A DNA stretch of 64,000 nt from a virus. Positions 29,486 through 38,672 of the stretch are shown here, one piece after another (position 1 is the first letter of the stretch; each line of letters starts with the position of its first letter). The stretch spans positions 1-64,000 of IMG/VR virus record IMGVR_UViG_3300042463_000890. The stretch is one strand, 5' to 3'. The notes beneath the pieces are model-generated. The model was not told where the DNA came from, did not search any database, and worked only from the letters and a program-made list of their open reading frames with translations. Both the position numbers and the translations under genes were made by a program.

Positions 29486-31381
29486 TTAACCAAAATTATA
29501 AGAGTTTAATTCACCACTTTTTATTTGTTGATTTAATTGGTTAGGATTAGAATTAGGGTTCATACCTGTAATAACCGCTTGAACAATTTGTTGTTTAACC
29601 GATAAGTCATTTAATGCCATTGATAATGAATTAGTATCAATTCCTTGAGATGTAACATTTACTGTTATGTTTCCATCAACAGAAATTTTTTGATTAGATT
29701 CAGTCGGGGGTGTGTTAGTATTATTACCTAAATTTGTACCTCCAACAATCGCATTGTTATAAATTCTTAATTGGTCTTGTTCAAATGGTATTACAAAATC
29801 TTTAACTTCAGTTGTTTTAGGGGGTATTAATTTTTCTTTTTCACCAACATAAGTTGCGGTTTTTTCGGCTAGTCCTGTAAATAATTGTGTTAATGGATTA
29901 GTTGATTTGGTTAAATCGTCAATTGCGGTCTTACTATTCTTTAAAGCCTCGTCAAACGCTCCTTGAATATAGGTACTAGTACTCGTCAATGCGGTTGTAA
30001 ATCCTCCTAAGGCGTCTCCCTTATTTATACTATCAAGTAAATTACTTAGTCCACTACCTAAAGCTTCTCTTAACGTATCAATTTGTAATTTTTCACCACT
30101 CGCCGCTTTACCCAAAACATTATATCCCTCTACTGTTGCCTGTCTACCCTGCTCAACAATCCTTGTACCCGCCAAAGCAGTTCCTGTTCTGTTCTTCATA
30201 GACTCCAATATACCAGCAATTCTTTCACTAGTTTTTAATTGTTCTTTCGCCAAATCTTCCATACTTTTTTCAGTATCAGAAGCTTTACCTAATTGTTCAA
30301 TATCTTCTTTACTTAATTCTGTAATCGCCTTTGTTTGAGTTTTACCTTCTTTATCTTCAAATGTAACTTGATATTGTCCTCCCTCTCCCATTTCAGCGAG
30401 ATTAGCAATCATTTTTTGTTGTTCTTCAGTTGCAAAATCAGGGAAACTAATTTTACTTAATTTGTCATCTAATTCTGCACTACCTAACGCCATTTTAGTC
30501 AATTCATCTGCGGTCATGCCAACAAGTGGAGCGATTTCTCTTAATTGTCGTCTAGCTCCTGGCATTATTTCAAATTGACCTTTTTCATTTAATTGGACAA
30601 ATTGTTTTGACATTTCAGCAATTTGATTTTGTAATTCAGCAGGGTCATTTTGAGCCAAATCCATTAATCTTAATGGGTCTAACAAATCACTTTGGGTAAC
30701 TCCTAACCTTTGTAACCCTGCCGCCATATCAATCGCTTTCTCGGGACTAAATAAACTATCCGCGAGAGTAAGGGTTTTATTCATGTCTATTCTCAAGGCG
30801 GTAGCTTGAGCAGCCATTTTTGCAAGTCCCTGAACACCATTTTCAAATCCAAACTTATTTAAAGCGGACATATTTTCTAAAACTTTGTCTGAAACCGCAA
30901 CCGCACTAACACCTTGTTGTCTAGCAACATCAACTACGCTTTTCATTTCTTTATTAATATGTGAAATAGAAAATCCTGCGTCTTTGAACCCTTTAACTAA
31001 TTCTGCGGTTGATTGTTCTGTTACTTTAGTAACCGCATATATTTCTTCAATTGTTTTACCTTGTGTTATGACATTTCTTCCAAGTTCCTTTGCTACGTTA
31101 AACATGATGTCTGAAATTTCTTTCATACCACCACCCATCTCTTTTACTTTGATGGCTGCATCCCCCATTGCTGCCTGCATTGCAACAACATTTTCTCTAC
31201 CTTGTCCAAATTGGTGGGCAATACTAGTCGCATACCCTTCCATTTCCTCCATGGTTTTGATTATTTCGGAACCTTCAAAATTGGTCATGATAGCATCCCC
31301 AATATCTTTACCCAAACTTTTAAGATAATCCCCAAAACCTTGGATTGGGTTTGTTGTTCCTGTAGATGAACCTGCTTGCAT
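29486..31381 (-). CDS. Tape measure protein
   Basis: Ala/Gln/Lys/Met-rich helical 631-aa protein in the canonical position after tube and chaperone and before the baseplate genes. Confidence 0.75.
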   Translation of the reverse strand: MQAGSSTGTTNPIQGFGDYLKSLGKDIGDAIMTNFEGSEIIKTMEEMEGYATSIAHQFGQGRENVVAMQAAMGDAAIKVKEMGGGMKEISDIMFNVAKELGRNVITQGKTIEEIYAVTKVTEQSTAELVKGFKDAGFSISHINKEMKSVVDVARQQGVSAVAVSDKVLENMSALNKFGFENGVQGLAKMAAQATALRIDMNKTLTLADSLFSPEKAIDMAAGLQRLGVTQSDLLDPLRLMDLAQNDPAELQNQIAEMSKQFVQLNEKGQFEIMPGARRQLREIAPLVGMTADELTKMALGSAELDDKLSKISFPDFATEEQQKMIANLAEMGEGGQYQVTFEDKEGKTQTKAITELSKEDIEQLGKASDTEKSMEDLAKEQLKTSERIAGILESMKNRTGTALAGTRIVEQGRQATVEGYNVLGKAASGEKLQIDTLREALGSGLSNLLDSINKGDALGGFTTALTSTSTYIQGAFDEALKNSKTAIDDLTKSTNPLTQLFTGLAEKTATYVGEKEKLIPPKTTEVKDFVIPFEQDQLRIYNNAIVGGTNLGNNTNTPPTESNQKISVDGNITVNVTSQGIDTNSLSMALNDLSVKQQIVQAVITGMNPNSNPNQLNQQIKSGELNSYNFG

Positions 31382-31414
31382 ACTTTTTAAGTTTTAATAT
31401 AAATAGGTTCCGAT

Positions 31415-31576
31415 TTAATTTTTTGGAGTATTTTCTTCTATGATTTTGTTGATTAGAAATTTTCGAGCGTATGTGGGGATATTAAGAAATTCATAATATG
31501 AAGTTCTTAATATTTTAGCCATAACATAGAATTCTTCAAGTAGGAATAGTCTGTAATCAGAAGAAAGGGCGAAAAA
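31415..31576 (-). CDS. Tail assembly chaperone extension (T4 gp51 / lambda gpT-like), probably reached by frameshift
   Basis: The +1 frame overlapping the end of the 254-aa gene reads FFALSSDYRLFLLEEFYVMAKILRTSYYEFLNIPTYARKFLINKIIEENTPKN*. An in-frame ATG at 31522 would give 35 aa. Not in the ORF track. Confidence 0.65.
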   Translation of the reverse strand, partial: FFALSSDYRLFLLEEFYVMAKILRTSYYEFLNIPTYARKFLINKIIEENTPKN

Positions 31577-32321
31577 ATTCAGCCCCAAAGGTAATCTCGA
31601 AAGATACCAATTCTCCTGACGGGGCTATAACTTGTCTTCTTAAGTCTAAAGAGATTTGATTTTCTCTCATAAAATTTCGAATGTGTTTAGAATCCATAAT
31701 TGGTAACGATGCAACAAATTGAGCGATATGTCCTCTATCTGAATTACCGTCAACTTCTTGGATTTGTCTTTCTAATCTCCATGTTATTTTTGGAGCAACT
31801 CTACCAACGGGATATTGTTCTACCATTTTTTCAATATCCATAATTTCACCATAAGTTAATGGTTTCAATTTAACTGTTGAGCCACTTCTTGGTAGTTTAG
31901 TAGTAAATAATCCGTTCTCATCAGGTGCGTTTGGAATACGTTTAATATTTAACTCATCCAAAAGGATTTCGGTATCAAACGGTTTACCTGTTTTTGGGTC
32001 GGTAACTGATATTTTATATTCAGGCCCAAATGAAGTATTTCGTAAAAATATGAGAATCGCTTCAATATCCCCTTCAAGCATTTCATCAGGTCTGATGTCG
32101 TGTTCGTATATTTTGTTTCTTAATAATGATAGTACTATATTTGTAGATGAGCCAGGTTGTGACGCAACTGATACTAAAAAGTTTTCATCATTAGCGGTTA
32201 AATAACCAACTTTAACTGATTTCTTTTTTGATTTATAAAAAATACCCCCTGTTGGTAATTGTACCACATCATGTGGTAAATTAAAATTTTCTTGTCCTAC
32301 GGTATATGCGTTTTGTTCCAT
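31557..32321 (-). CDS. Baseplate hub assembly / tail assembly chaperone (T4 gp26-like)
   Basis: VQLPTGGIFY, YLTANDE, MLEGDIEAILIFLRNTSFGPEY and a C-terminal FF motif. Lies between tube and tape measure. Confidence 0.78.
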   Translation of the reverse strand: MEQNAYTVGQENFNLPHDVVQLPTGGIFYKSKKKSVKVGYLTANDENFLVSVASQPGSSTNIVLSLLRNKIYEHDIRPDEMLEGDIEAILIFLRNTSFGPEYKISVTDPKTGKPFDTEILLDELNIKRIPNAPDENGLFTTKLPRSGSTVKLKPLTYGEIMDIEKMVEQYPVGRVAPKITWRLERQIQEVDGNSDRGHIAQFVASLPIMDSKHIRNFMRENQISLDLRRQVIAPSGELVSFEITFGAEFFRPFF

Positions 32322-32357
32322 GTTTTTCTTTTAAAAATAATTTGACTATTATAAAAA

Positions 32358-32486
32358 TCAATCTTTCTTTTTAGAATCTGATTGTTTATTATTTTTTTTC
32401 TTTTTTTTATGTCTATTGTCAAACTCTTCTTTAGTTTCAAATATTTTACCACAAGTTTGACATGTATATCCTGTTAAGTTTTCCAT
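32358..32486 (-). CDS. Small zinc-finger-like basic protein (42 aa)
   Basis: MENLTGYTCQTCGKIFETKEEFDNRHKKKKKNNKQSDSKKKD*. YxCxxCGKxF pattern. AT-rich leader with A at -3. Below the ORF-track cutoff. Confidence 0.55.
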   Translation of the reverse strand: MENLTGYTCQTCGKIFETKEEFDNRHKKKKKNNKQSDSKKKD

Positions 32487-32496
32487 AATTATATAA

Positions 32497-32529
32497 TAAA
32501 AAAAGTTCCACGTTTGTACATGGAACTTT
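32497..32529 (-). terminator. Intrinsic terminator after the tail tube gene
   Basis: Stem AAAGTTCCA / TGGAACTTT (32502-32529) running into a T tract on the minus strand. Confidence 0.7.
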
Positions 32530-32552
32530 AAATTTTATGTTAATTCTAAATT

Positions 32553-33041
32553 TTAGTATACTAATACACAACGGTCCATCTGAAGTGTTGCAGAAATTGT
32601 TGCAATACCATCGGTTGAATATCCTAAAGAGTCAAAGTTAACTGAAGTTAAAAATGTCCCTTCAATAATCCATTTTTCAACAACAACACCTGTTGGGTCT
32701 AACATTTCAAGGTCCACATTCTTTTTATAACCCGCAGCGTAACCCATACGACCTGTTACAGATTCCGCACATAAACGAACCCACTCCATAAGAGCTTGTG
32801 ATGCTGAAGGACCAATAGGGTCACGGAATTTAACGTTAATAGGATTCCATTTAAATCTACCAGCAACATATGTCGAGGTATTTAAAAACGGTATCTCTGT
32901 AGCGTTAACTGTGATTGACGGTCTAGCGGCGGTTTCTACAAACCATTCATTGATACCCAATGTAGATGGAAATCTCATGATGAACCTGTTCTGTCTTTTA
33001 GGTTCATAAGGTATCGGCATTTTCATTAATAAATCAGCCAT
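32553..33041 (-). CDS. Tail tube protein (T4 gp19-like)
   Basis: YEPKRQNRF, YVAGRFKWNPINVKFRD, AAGYKKNVDLEMLDPTGVVVEKWIIEGTF and ISATLQMD motifs. Confidence 0.92.
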   Translation of the reverse strand: MADLLMKMPIPYEPKRQNRFIMRFPSTLGINEWFVETAARPSITVNATEIPFLNTSTYVAGRFKWNPINVKFRDPIGPSASQALMEWVRLCAESVTGRMGYAAGYKKNVDLEMLDPTGVVVEKWIIEGTFLTSVNFDSLGYSTDGIATISATLQMDRCVLVY

Positions 33042-33149
33042 TTTGTTGTATTTTTTTTTCTTCTTTTATTTTATTATAAATATCCCCAAGTAAAATTTTT
33101 CTCTTTACTTTTGGTTTTTTAATTTTAATCTTCCATTATAAGTATCTAG

Positions 33150-33968
33150 TTAATATAATTTTTTCTTTCCTCCAGCAGTTGAATAAGTTTTAAGTATCGG
33201 TTCTTTTTCAAAATGTTGTTTCATTTTTTCTAAATTTCTAACATCATCATCTGAAAATCCAATTGTAGGTAAGAAATTATTAGATACTTTGTTCTTTAAA
33301 AAAGCTTTCTTTTGAAGGTGGGAAGCCATATCTCTAACATACGAAATAAATTCTTTCATCGCTTTAACTTTACCTTCTTCAGGATTTGTTGCAGAACCTT
33401 CTCCATAACTTACAGGGTAAAATTTACACATATCTAAATACTCTCTAATCATTTCTCTTGGGGAAGACTCCTCTTCGTCCGTTAAATTTCTATATTTTGT
33501 TAAATTTTTAACCAACTCCTTTGCAGATATCCCTCCTGTATTTGAGACAATTAAATTATAAACTGCCTCTTTTAATACATTTGGTGTATGTCCTCTTGCA
33601 GTGATTATGGAAAAAATAGACCCGTTATTTATCGCCTCCACAAAATCATCCCATGCAGGTCCTTGCTTTGCCGTCAAAGAATCTACAATAAATTGTTTAT
33701 CTCCTTTAACCCCAAAATATCTAAACGGTTCTTCTGCAAAACCTACTATGGTATGACCTTCATACTCAAATGGTTCTTTACCTATTTCAGTTCTATATTC
33801 CGCAAAGTCTTCTGTTGACATACCAACTTCATTACCACCTTCGTCTTTAAGGATTATCTTTGTTGGCATAACCATAATATTATCATCCCAGTCGAATGAA
33901 TAATATTTCATGTCAGGAGTACCCTCCTCATCAATTCCCTCTTTAAAAATTCTTCTATTAACTTTCAT
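33150..33968 (-). CDS. HAD-superfamily phosphatase-like protein
   Basis: Motif I FDWDDN, motif II IITARG, a conserved Lys (GKVK) and motif IV GFSDDD. Confidence 0.7.
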   Translation of the reverse strand: MKVNRRIFKEGIDEEGTPDMKYYSFDWDDNIMVMPTKIILKDEGGNEVGMSTEDFAEYRTEIGKEPFEYEGHTIVGFAEEPFRYFGVKGDKQFIVDSLTAKQGPAWDDFVEAINNGSIFSIITARGHTPNVLKEAVYNLIVSNTGGISAKELVKNLTKYRNLTDEEESSPREMIREYLDMCKFYPVSYGEGSATNPEEGKVKAMKEFISYVRDMASHLQKKAFLKNKVSNNFLPTIGFSDDDVRNLEKMKQHFEKEPILKTYSTAGGKKKLY

Positions 33969-33982
33969 ATAATTAAATGGCT

Positions 33983-34015
33983 AAAAGGTGGGGAATAAAC
34001 CCCACCTTATTTTTT
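33983..34015. terminator. Intrinsic terminator after the sheath gene (possibly bidirectional)
   Basis: Stem AAGGTGGGG / CCCCACCTT (33985-34008) with A/T tracts on both sides. Confidence 0.78.
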
Positions 34016-34018
34016 GTT

Positions 34019-37000
34019 TTAGATATTTTCAAACGACGCTCCTGTTGGAGTAATGTAGAATGTGATATCAATGAATTCAAGTGACTTAGTTGGTTTGATG
34101 TAAATCTTACCTGTCATTTGGTTTCTATCTAAGTCAGCAGCATCTGAAGAAACTGTTACACGGAAATCGTATACCCCTCTGTCTCTTCTAATTGCGTCTA
34201 AGATAGGATTCACCGCATTTAAGAAGTCTTGTCTTACTTTCTCGTCATTCTGTTCGAATAGTAATCTTACAGAAACCGCTGAAATCAACTTACGAGCTTG
34301 TAGTAACAATCTTCTAACGTTTATTCTGTCAAGTGCAGACTCTCTAATCTGTAAAGTTTTGTTACCCCAAATAACCGTACCAACATCAGAGAAAGTAGCG
34401 ATTGGGTTAAGTCTACCTTTATATAGAGTATCTCTATCTTCTTGAGTTAACTTCTTACGTGCTTTAATTGCGTTTACTATACCACGAGTGTAACCCGCTG
34501 ATGCGAACCATGGGAAAGCGATATTATCTGTTAACGCTAAGTTTCTACAAACTTCAGCAGTTGCTGGAATGTAAATCTGAGTGTTATTTACAGTATCACG
34601 AGTTAGAACCCAAGGGTAGTAAGTACATGTATAGTTAGAATCGATTCCCGCAGTTTCTAAGTTGTCAACCGCTTCTTGAGGATAAATCAAGTCTAATTGG
34701 TCACCTGTTTGAGGTACAAACATATTGTAGTCAGGTGTAGTACAGATGTACAAGGAATCCGCTCTATCGTTTTCAACCATGTCAATCGCGGTACCTACCA
34801 ATCCTGGATGATTTAAATAATCAATACCTGGTGTTACAAATACGTTAATATTAACCGCTTCAGGATTAGCAAAAGTTCTTTGTCCTAATAAGTATGCGTA
34901 GTAGTCAGTGTTTGCCCAATCTTGAGTATTGTCACCAACTGTGATTTGTTTAAACGCTCCCCACCCTGATGCAGTTGGGTATCTAAACGAAGGACACGCT
35001 CCTTTTAAATAACCTGACCTACCTAGAACAAAACGGTCTTGGTTGGTTCTATATTCTCTGTAAATATCCCAACCGTCAAAACCTCCTGAACATAAGAATG
35101 AGAACTTACGTGCGAATAATCTATAGTATTGGTTAGTTTCATCTTCAGGGTCTTGAGTAAATTCAGATGCTCCAACAAAGAATGCTGGTGTTCCACTTGT
35201 ACTAAATGCTCCTGAAATTGTAATTCCACTTGCGTTTTTATCCATGTGGTAACCTCTAGTTTTGTATGCCCATTCATCACCTGAAACATCAGTACAAACA
35301 TCCAATGGTAATTGTTTACCTTTATAAGTGTAAAAATCAACGTCAAAACCAATAGTGTCAGAAATACCCAAATATGTTCTTCTCACATTATCTCCTGCAC
35401 TTCTTACGATATCGTCCGCTCCTGAAGATAAACCAAATGGTGGGTTATAAACAACCTCACCTGGGAAGTCATATTTAGTTTTGTATATTGGGAATGGAGG
35501 TCTAAGACCTGCGTATTCTCTAAATGCGTAACCTTGGAATCCACAAGGTAATGCGTCTACAGGAGCGTCAGGATTAAGTTCCAACATTATAAATTTAGAG
35601 TTTAATTCATATTCACCGTCTACTGAACCAACTTTTTTACCAACGAAATTGTTGTTACTTGGGTCAAGTGAACAGTTAGTGAATTTTTCTAATACTGTAG
35701 GTGCTGAATCAGAGTCAAAGAAATCTCTAACAAATAAATCAAATGTTCCGTTTCCAAATGAAATGTTAGCAATTGAAATCTTAACCTCGATATTAGCCGC
35801 GTCACCGTCAGCGATTGTTGTTACTTTGAACAGGTTGTAAACTTTATTACCTCTAAGTTCAGATACAACCCAAGGTGACATAGGTGATTGATATTTTTCA
35901 AGGTACCACGCGATTGATGTAGGGTCATTACCTTGTCTTGCGTCAGGTAAAGCGGTTAAACTACAATTTAATCCTCTAATGTATCCTTTTCTCCATGCGT
36001 AATTTAATAACGCTTGGAACCTTTCTTCGACAAATAAAGGAACTTCTCTTCTTGGTTTTGCGAAGTTAGATGCTCCAAACACTTTAGAAAGATATTTAGG
36101 GTCTGAGTTTTGGAATGATGTTTCAAAGAAGAAACTTTGACCATCATTATTAGTTACGTTTAGACCAAAAGTTGCATATGGGTTTTTAGTAACCGCACTA
36201 TAACCATTTGTACAATCCATTGATACGTCAGTTAATCCTGTAACTTCGTATACCGCTCCGTCATCAGAAGAATACGTTGCCAATCCTCTTGAACGGAATG
36301 TTGCGATTACTAAATCGTCATAGTCAGTGTAAGCAACACCATCAAACACATATAATGTACCAATCAATTTACCTGTGTAACAATTTACAGGAACAGGTGA
36401 AGGTGTTGGTGTTACATTAGGAAGTGGTGTTGGAGATATACATGGATTAACAGGTGATGGTGAAGGTGTTGGTGTGGTTAATGGTACTGTTGTTGTAGTT
36501 GTAACAGGTACAGGTTGTAAATCTGATACAACACTAAAGAATGAGAATCCACTATAAATTGCGTTTCCTAAGTTATCAAAAGTTGCATAATACCATGGGT
36601 CGTTTTGAGATGCACAATAATTAATCTCAGAAGCGTTAACGTTCTCAACACCGAATACGTTAGTTTCCGCGGTAAATGTTGTTGACAACGCACTATAAAC
36701 ATCTCCTGAAATTGGTCCGTAGTAGTAAATAGAAGTTGCCTCTGTAGATGGAGTTCTTAACACATCAAAAATTTGATTAATCATATTTTCATATAATGTA
36801 GAAGTACTACCATCAAAATTCTCATATGGTAAATATAATTTTTCTAAAAGGTAATCAGGAATGTCTGCAGTGTCTAAGACAATGGTCGATGAATTATTTG
36901 TACATCCTGTAAAGTCAATTGCATAATCTATAGTTAGATATTCATCACATTGTTCAACACAGTTTACAGTGGTGCTAGACAAACAATAAAAATCAACCGT

Positions 37001-37351
37001 ACTACAGTCAACGTTAGCCTTTGTACTTATAGACCAAGAAGGTCCAGCGTCGTAACCCGAAAGTCCTAAAACTCTAGTTACAAACAACTGATTAGATTGT
37101 TGTAAATATGATTTAGCAATGTATGCCGCCTCATACTTAGGAATTTGGGTGTTTATGAATTTCTCTGGAGACGTTCCTCCAAAATATGTAGAGAATTCAT
37201 CAAAGTTTCTAATAAAAATAGGTTCAAATGCAGGTCCTTTAATTGTTTCACCCACAATACCTAAAGTAGTAACCCCAACGCTTTGGGCTACGAAACTTAA
37301 ATCTACTTCTGATGTATATACCCCAGGGGATACGAATACTTTGTTTGCCAT
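34019..37351 (-). CDS. Contractile tail sheath protein (T4 gp18-like), enlarged by inserted domains
   Basis: VSPGVYTSEVDLS N-terminus, GETIKGPAFEP, YYPWV, PWFASAGYTRG, IWGNKTLQ, DRINVRRLL and IKPTKSLEFI motifs. Confidence 0.95.
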   Translation of the reverse strand: MANKVFVSPGVYTSEVDLSFVAQSVGVTTLGIVGETIKGPAFEPIFIRNFDEFSTYFGGTSPEKFINTQIPKYEAAYIAKSYLQQSNQLFVTRVLGLSGYDAGPSWSISTKANVDCSTVDFYCLSSTTVNCVEQCDEYLTIDYAIDFTGCTNNSSTIVLDTADIPDYLLEKLYLPYENFDGSTSTLYENMINQIFDVLRTPSTEATSIYYYGPISGDVYSALSTTFTAETNVFGVENVNASEINYCASQNDPWYYATFDNLGNAIYSGFSFFSVVSDLQPVPVTTTTTVPLTTPTPSPSPVNPCISPTPLPNVTPTPSPVPVNCYTGKLIGTLYVFDGVAYTDYDDLVIATFRSRGLATYSSDDGAVYEVTGLTDVSMDCTNGYSAVTKNPYATFGLNVTNNDGQSFFFETSFQNSDPKYLSKVFGASNFAKPRREVPLFVEERFQALLNYAWRKGYIRGLNCSLTALPDARQGNDPTSIAWYLEKYQSPMSPWVVSELRGNKVYNLFKVTTIADGDAANIEVKISIANISFGNGTFDLFVRDFFDSDSAPTVLEKFTNCSLDPSNNNFVGKKVGSVDGEYELNSKFIMLELNPDAPVDALPCGFQGYAFREYAGLRPPFPIYKTKYDFPGEVVYNPPFGLSSGADDIVRSAGDNVRRTYLGISDTIGFDVDFYTYKGKQLPLDVCTDVSGDEWAYKTRGYHMDKNASGITISGAFSTSGTPAFFVGASEFTQDPEDETNQYYRLFARKFSFLCSGGFDGWDIYREYRTNQDRFVLGRSGYLKGACPSFRYPTASGWGAFKQITVGDNTQDWANTDYYAYLLGQRTFANPEAVNINVFVTPGIDYLNHPGLVGTAIDMVENDRADSLYICTTPDYNMFVPQTGDQLDLIYPQEAVDNLETAGIDSNYTCTYYPWVLTRDTVNNTQIYIPATAEVCRNLALTDNIAFPWFASAGYTRGIVNAIKARKKLTQEDRDTLYKGRLNPIATFSDVGTVIWGNKTLQIRESALDRINVRRLLLQARKLISAVSVRLLFEQNDEKVRQDFLNAVNPILDAIRRDRGVYDFRVTVSSDAADLDRNQMTGKIYIKPTKSLEFIDITFYITPTGASFENI

Positions 37352-37476
37352 TATTAATTTCTTTTTTTAGCTATTGATTTATTTTTATTGATAAATATTA
37401 GATAAAAAACCAAAATACTTTACTTTGTAGTAACTATTTATAAATTGGGTAGAATAAATTCTGCCTTTTTTCTACC

Positions 37477-37638
37477 ATGTCTGACAATAAGAAAATAAAG
37501 AATTTAAAGATATCAGTTGAGGTTCACGATATACTTAAAAAATATTGTGATAAAAAGGGAGTAAAGATGTATAGGTTTTTAGAAAAACTTATAACTGATA
37601 AATGTAAAGAAAAACCTGATATATACGGGGAGAATTAA
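37477..37638 (+). CDS. Ribbon-helix-helix-like small DNA-binding protein (53 aa)
   Basis: MSDNKKIKNLKISVEVHDILKKYCDKKGVKMYRFLEKLITDKCKEKPDIYGEN*. Alternating beta strand (KNLKIS), helix, G turn, helix. Divergent from the sheath gene, with TATTTAT at 37435-37441. Not in the ORF track. Confidence 0.75.
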   Translation: MSDNKKIKNLKISVEVHDILKKYCDKKGVKMYRFLEKLITDKCKEKPDIYGEN

Positions 37639-38672
37639 ATTAGATTAATAAACAACTCTAATTTAGACTCTAAAACATCGTCATTTTTTTCTATTATAAT
37701 TTTTAACACATCGTTTGTGTTAATTTGAATTTCACTAACATCTGAACCATAATAATCGTTGTTAATATAAACATCAAAAGTATTAATATTTTCACTTAAC
37801 CCGACAAGGATATTCGCGGTATAATTAAATAATTGAGACAAGGTTGTATTACCAATAACAAAAATTAAATTTTCAGTAAAACTTGATGGGTCATCATCTT
37901 TTTTAACTTTTCTTTTTGTTGTTCTAGTATCAACTTCCACAACTTGTAGTAGTCTATTTATTGCAGGAGACACCTCAAATTCATCTTCATCAATTAAAAA
38001 CCCTAACATAGTAAATTCATAACTTTGGATATAATATTTTCTTTTCTCAGCATCTAAAACAGATTCATCAGAAATATTATTCATAACTATTGGGATATAA
38101 TGTCCTTTAATTACTTGATAGGCTTGTCTTGATGAAAATTTCTCTAAAACAATTTTATTAAACTTATTTAATTCCCTCATTCTGTTACAAAGTATTTTAA
38201 CTTGATAAGTAATATCGACAGGAACAGGTTGAGGTATTTTATATATGTCCATACCATGTCTATTACCATCCCATGTAGGAACTTGAGCATAAAAATATTG
38301 TCTTCTATTTGGTATGGTATATAATAAAGACGGGTTTGTACCATACTTAACTTCGGGAACTCTTACCGTTGTAATAAAAGGTAATTCAACATTTTTGTCT
38401 AAATTTTGTATATCCCAAGTTTCAGTAAACTGAGACCAATTTTGAGTTGTAACAATTATATCTATAGTCGGGACTGTTTTCCCTTCAACACTTAGTTTTA
38501 ACTCGTCTTTTACAAAATCTAAAAACCCCCTATCCAAATCAGCGTGTAAAATAGATTTTGGCAGATATGTACCATCTTTATTAATTTTTTCAACTAATTC
38601 TTCCCTTCTAGGTAAAAGAGTTTTAGATGAGGTTAAAGGTATATTCTTTTTTATTTTTTTTGGTAATGGCAT
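37635..38672 (-). CDS. Tail terminator / tail completion protein (T4 gp15-like)
   Basis: PQPVPVDITYQVKILCNRMRELNKFNKIV...YEFTMLGFL pattern, immediately upstream of the sheath. Confidence 0.65.
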   Translation of the reverse strand: MPLPKKIKKNIPLTSSKTLLPRREELVEKINKDGTYLPKSILHADLDRGFLDFVKDELKLSVEGKTVPTIDIIVTTQNWSQFTETWDIQNLDKNVELPFITTVRVPEVKYGTNPSLLYTIPNRRQYFYAQVPTWDGNRHGMDIYKIPQPVPVDITYQVKILCNRMRELNKFNKIVLEKFSSRQAYQVIKGHYIPIVMNNISDESVLDAEKRKYYIQSYEFTMLGFLIDEDEFEVSPAINRLLQVVEVDTRTTKRKVKKDDDPSSFTENLIFVIGNTTLSQLFNYTANILVGLSENINTFDVYINNDYYGSDVSEIQINTNDVLKIIIEKNDDVLESKLELFINLI

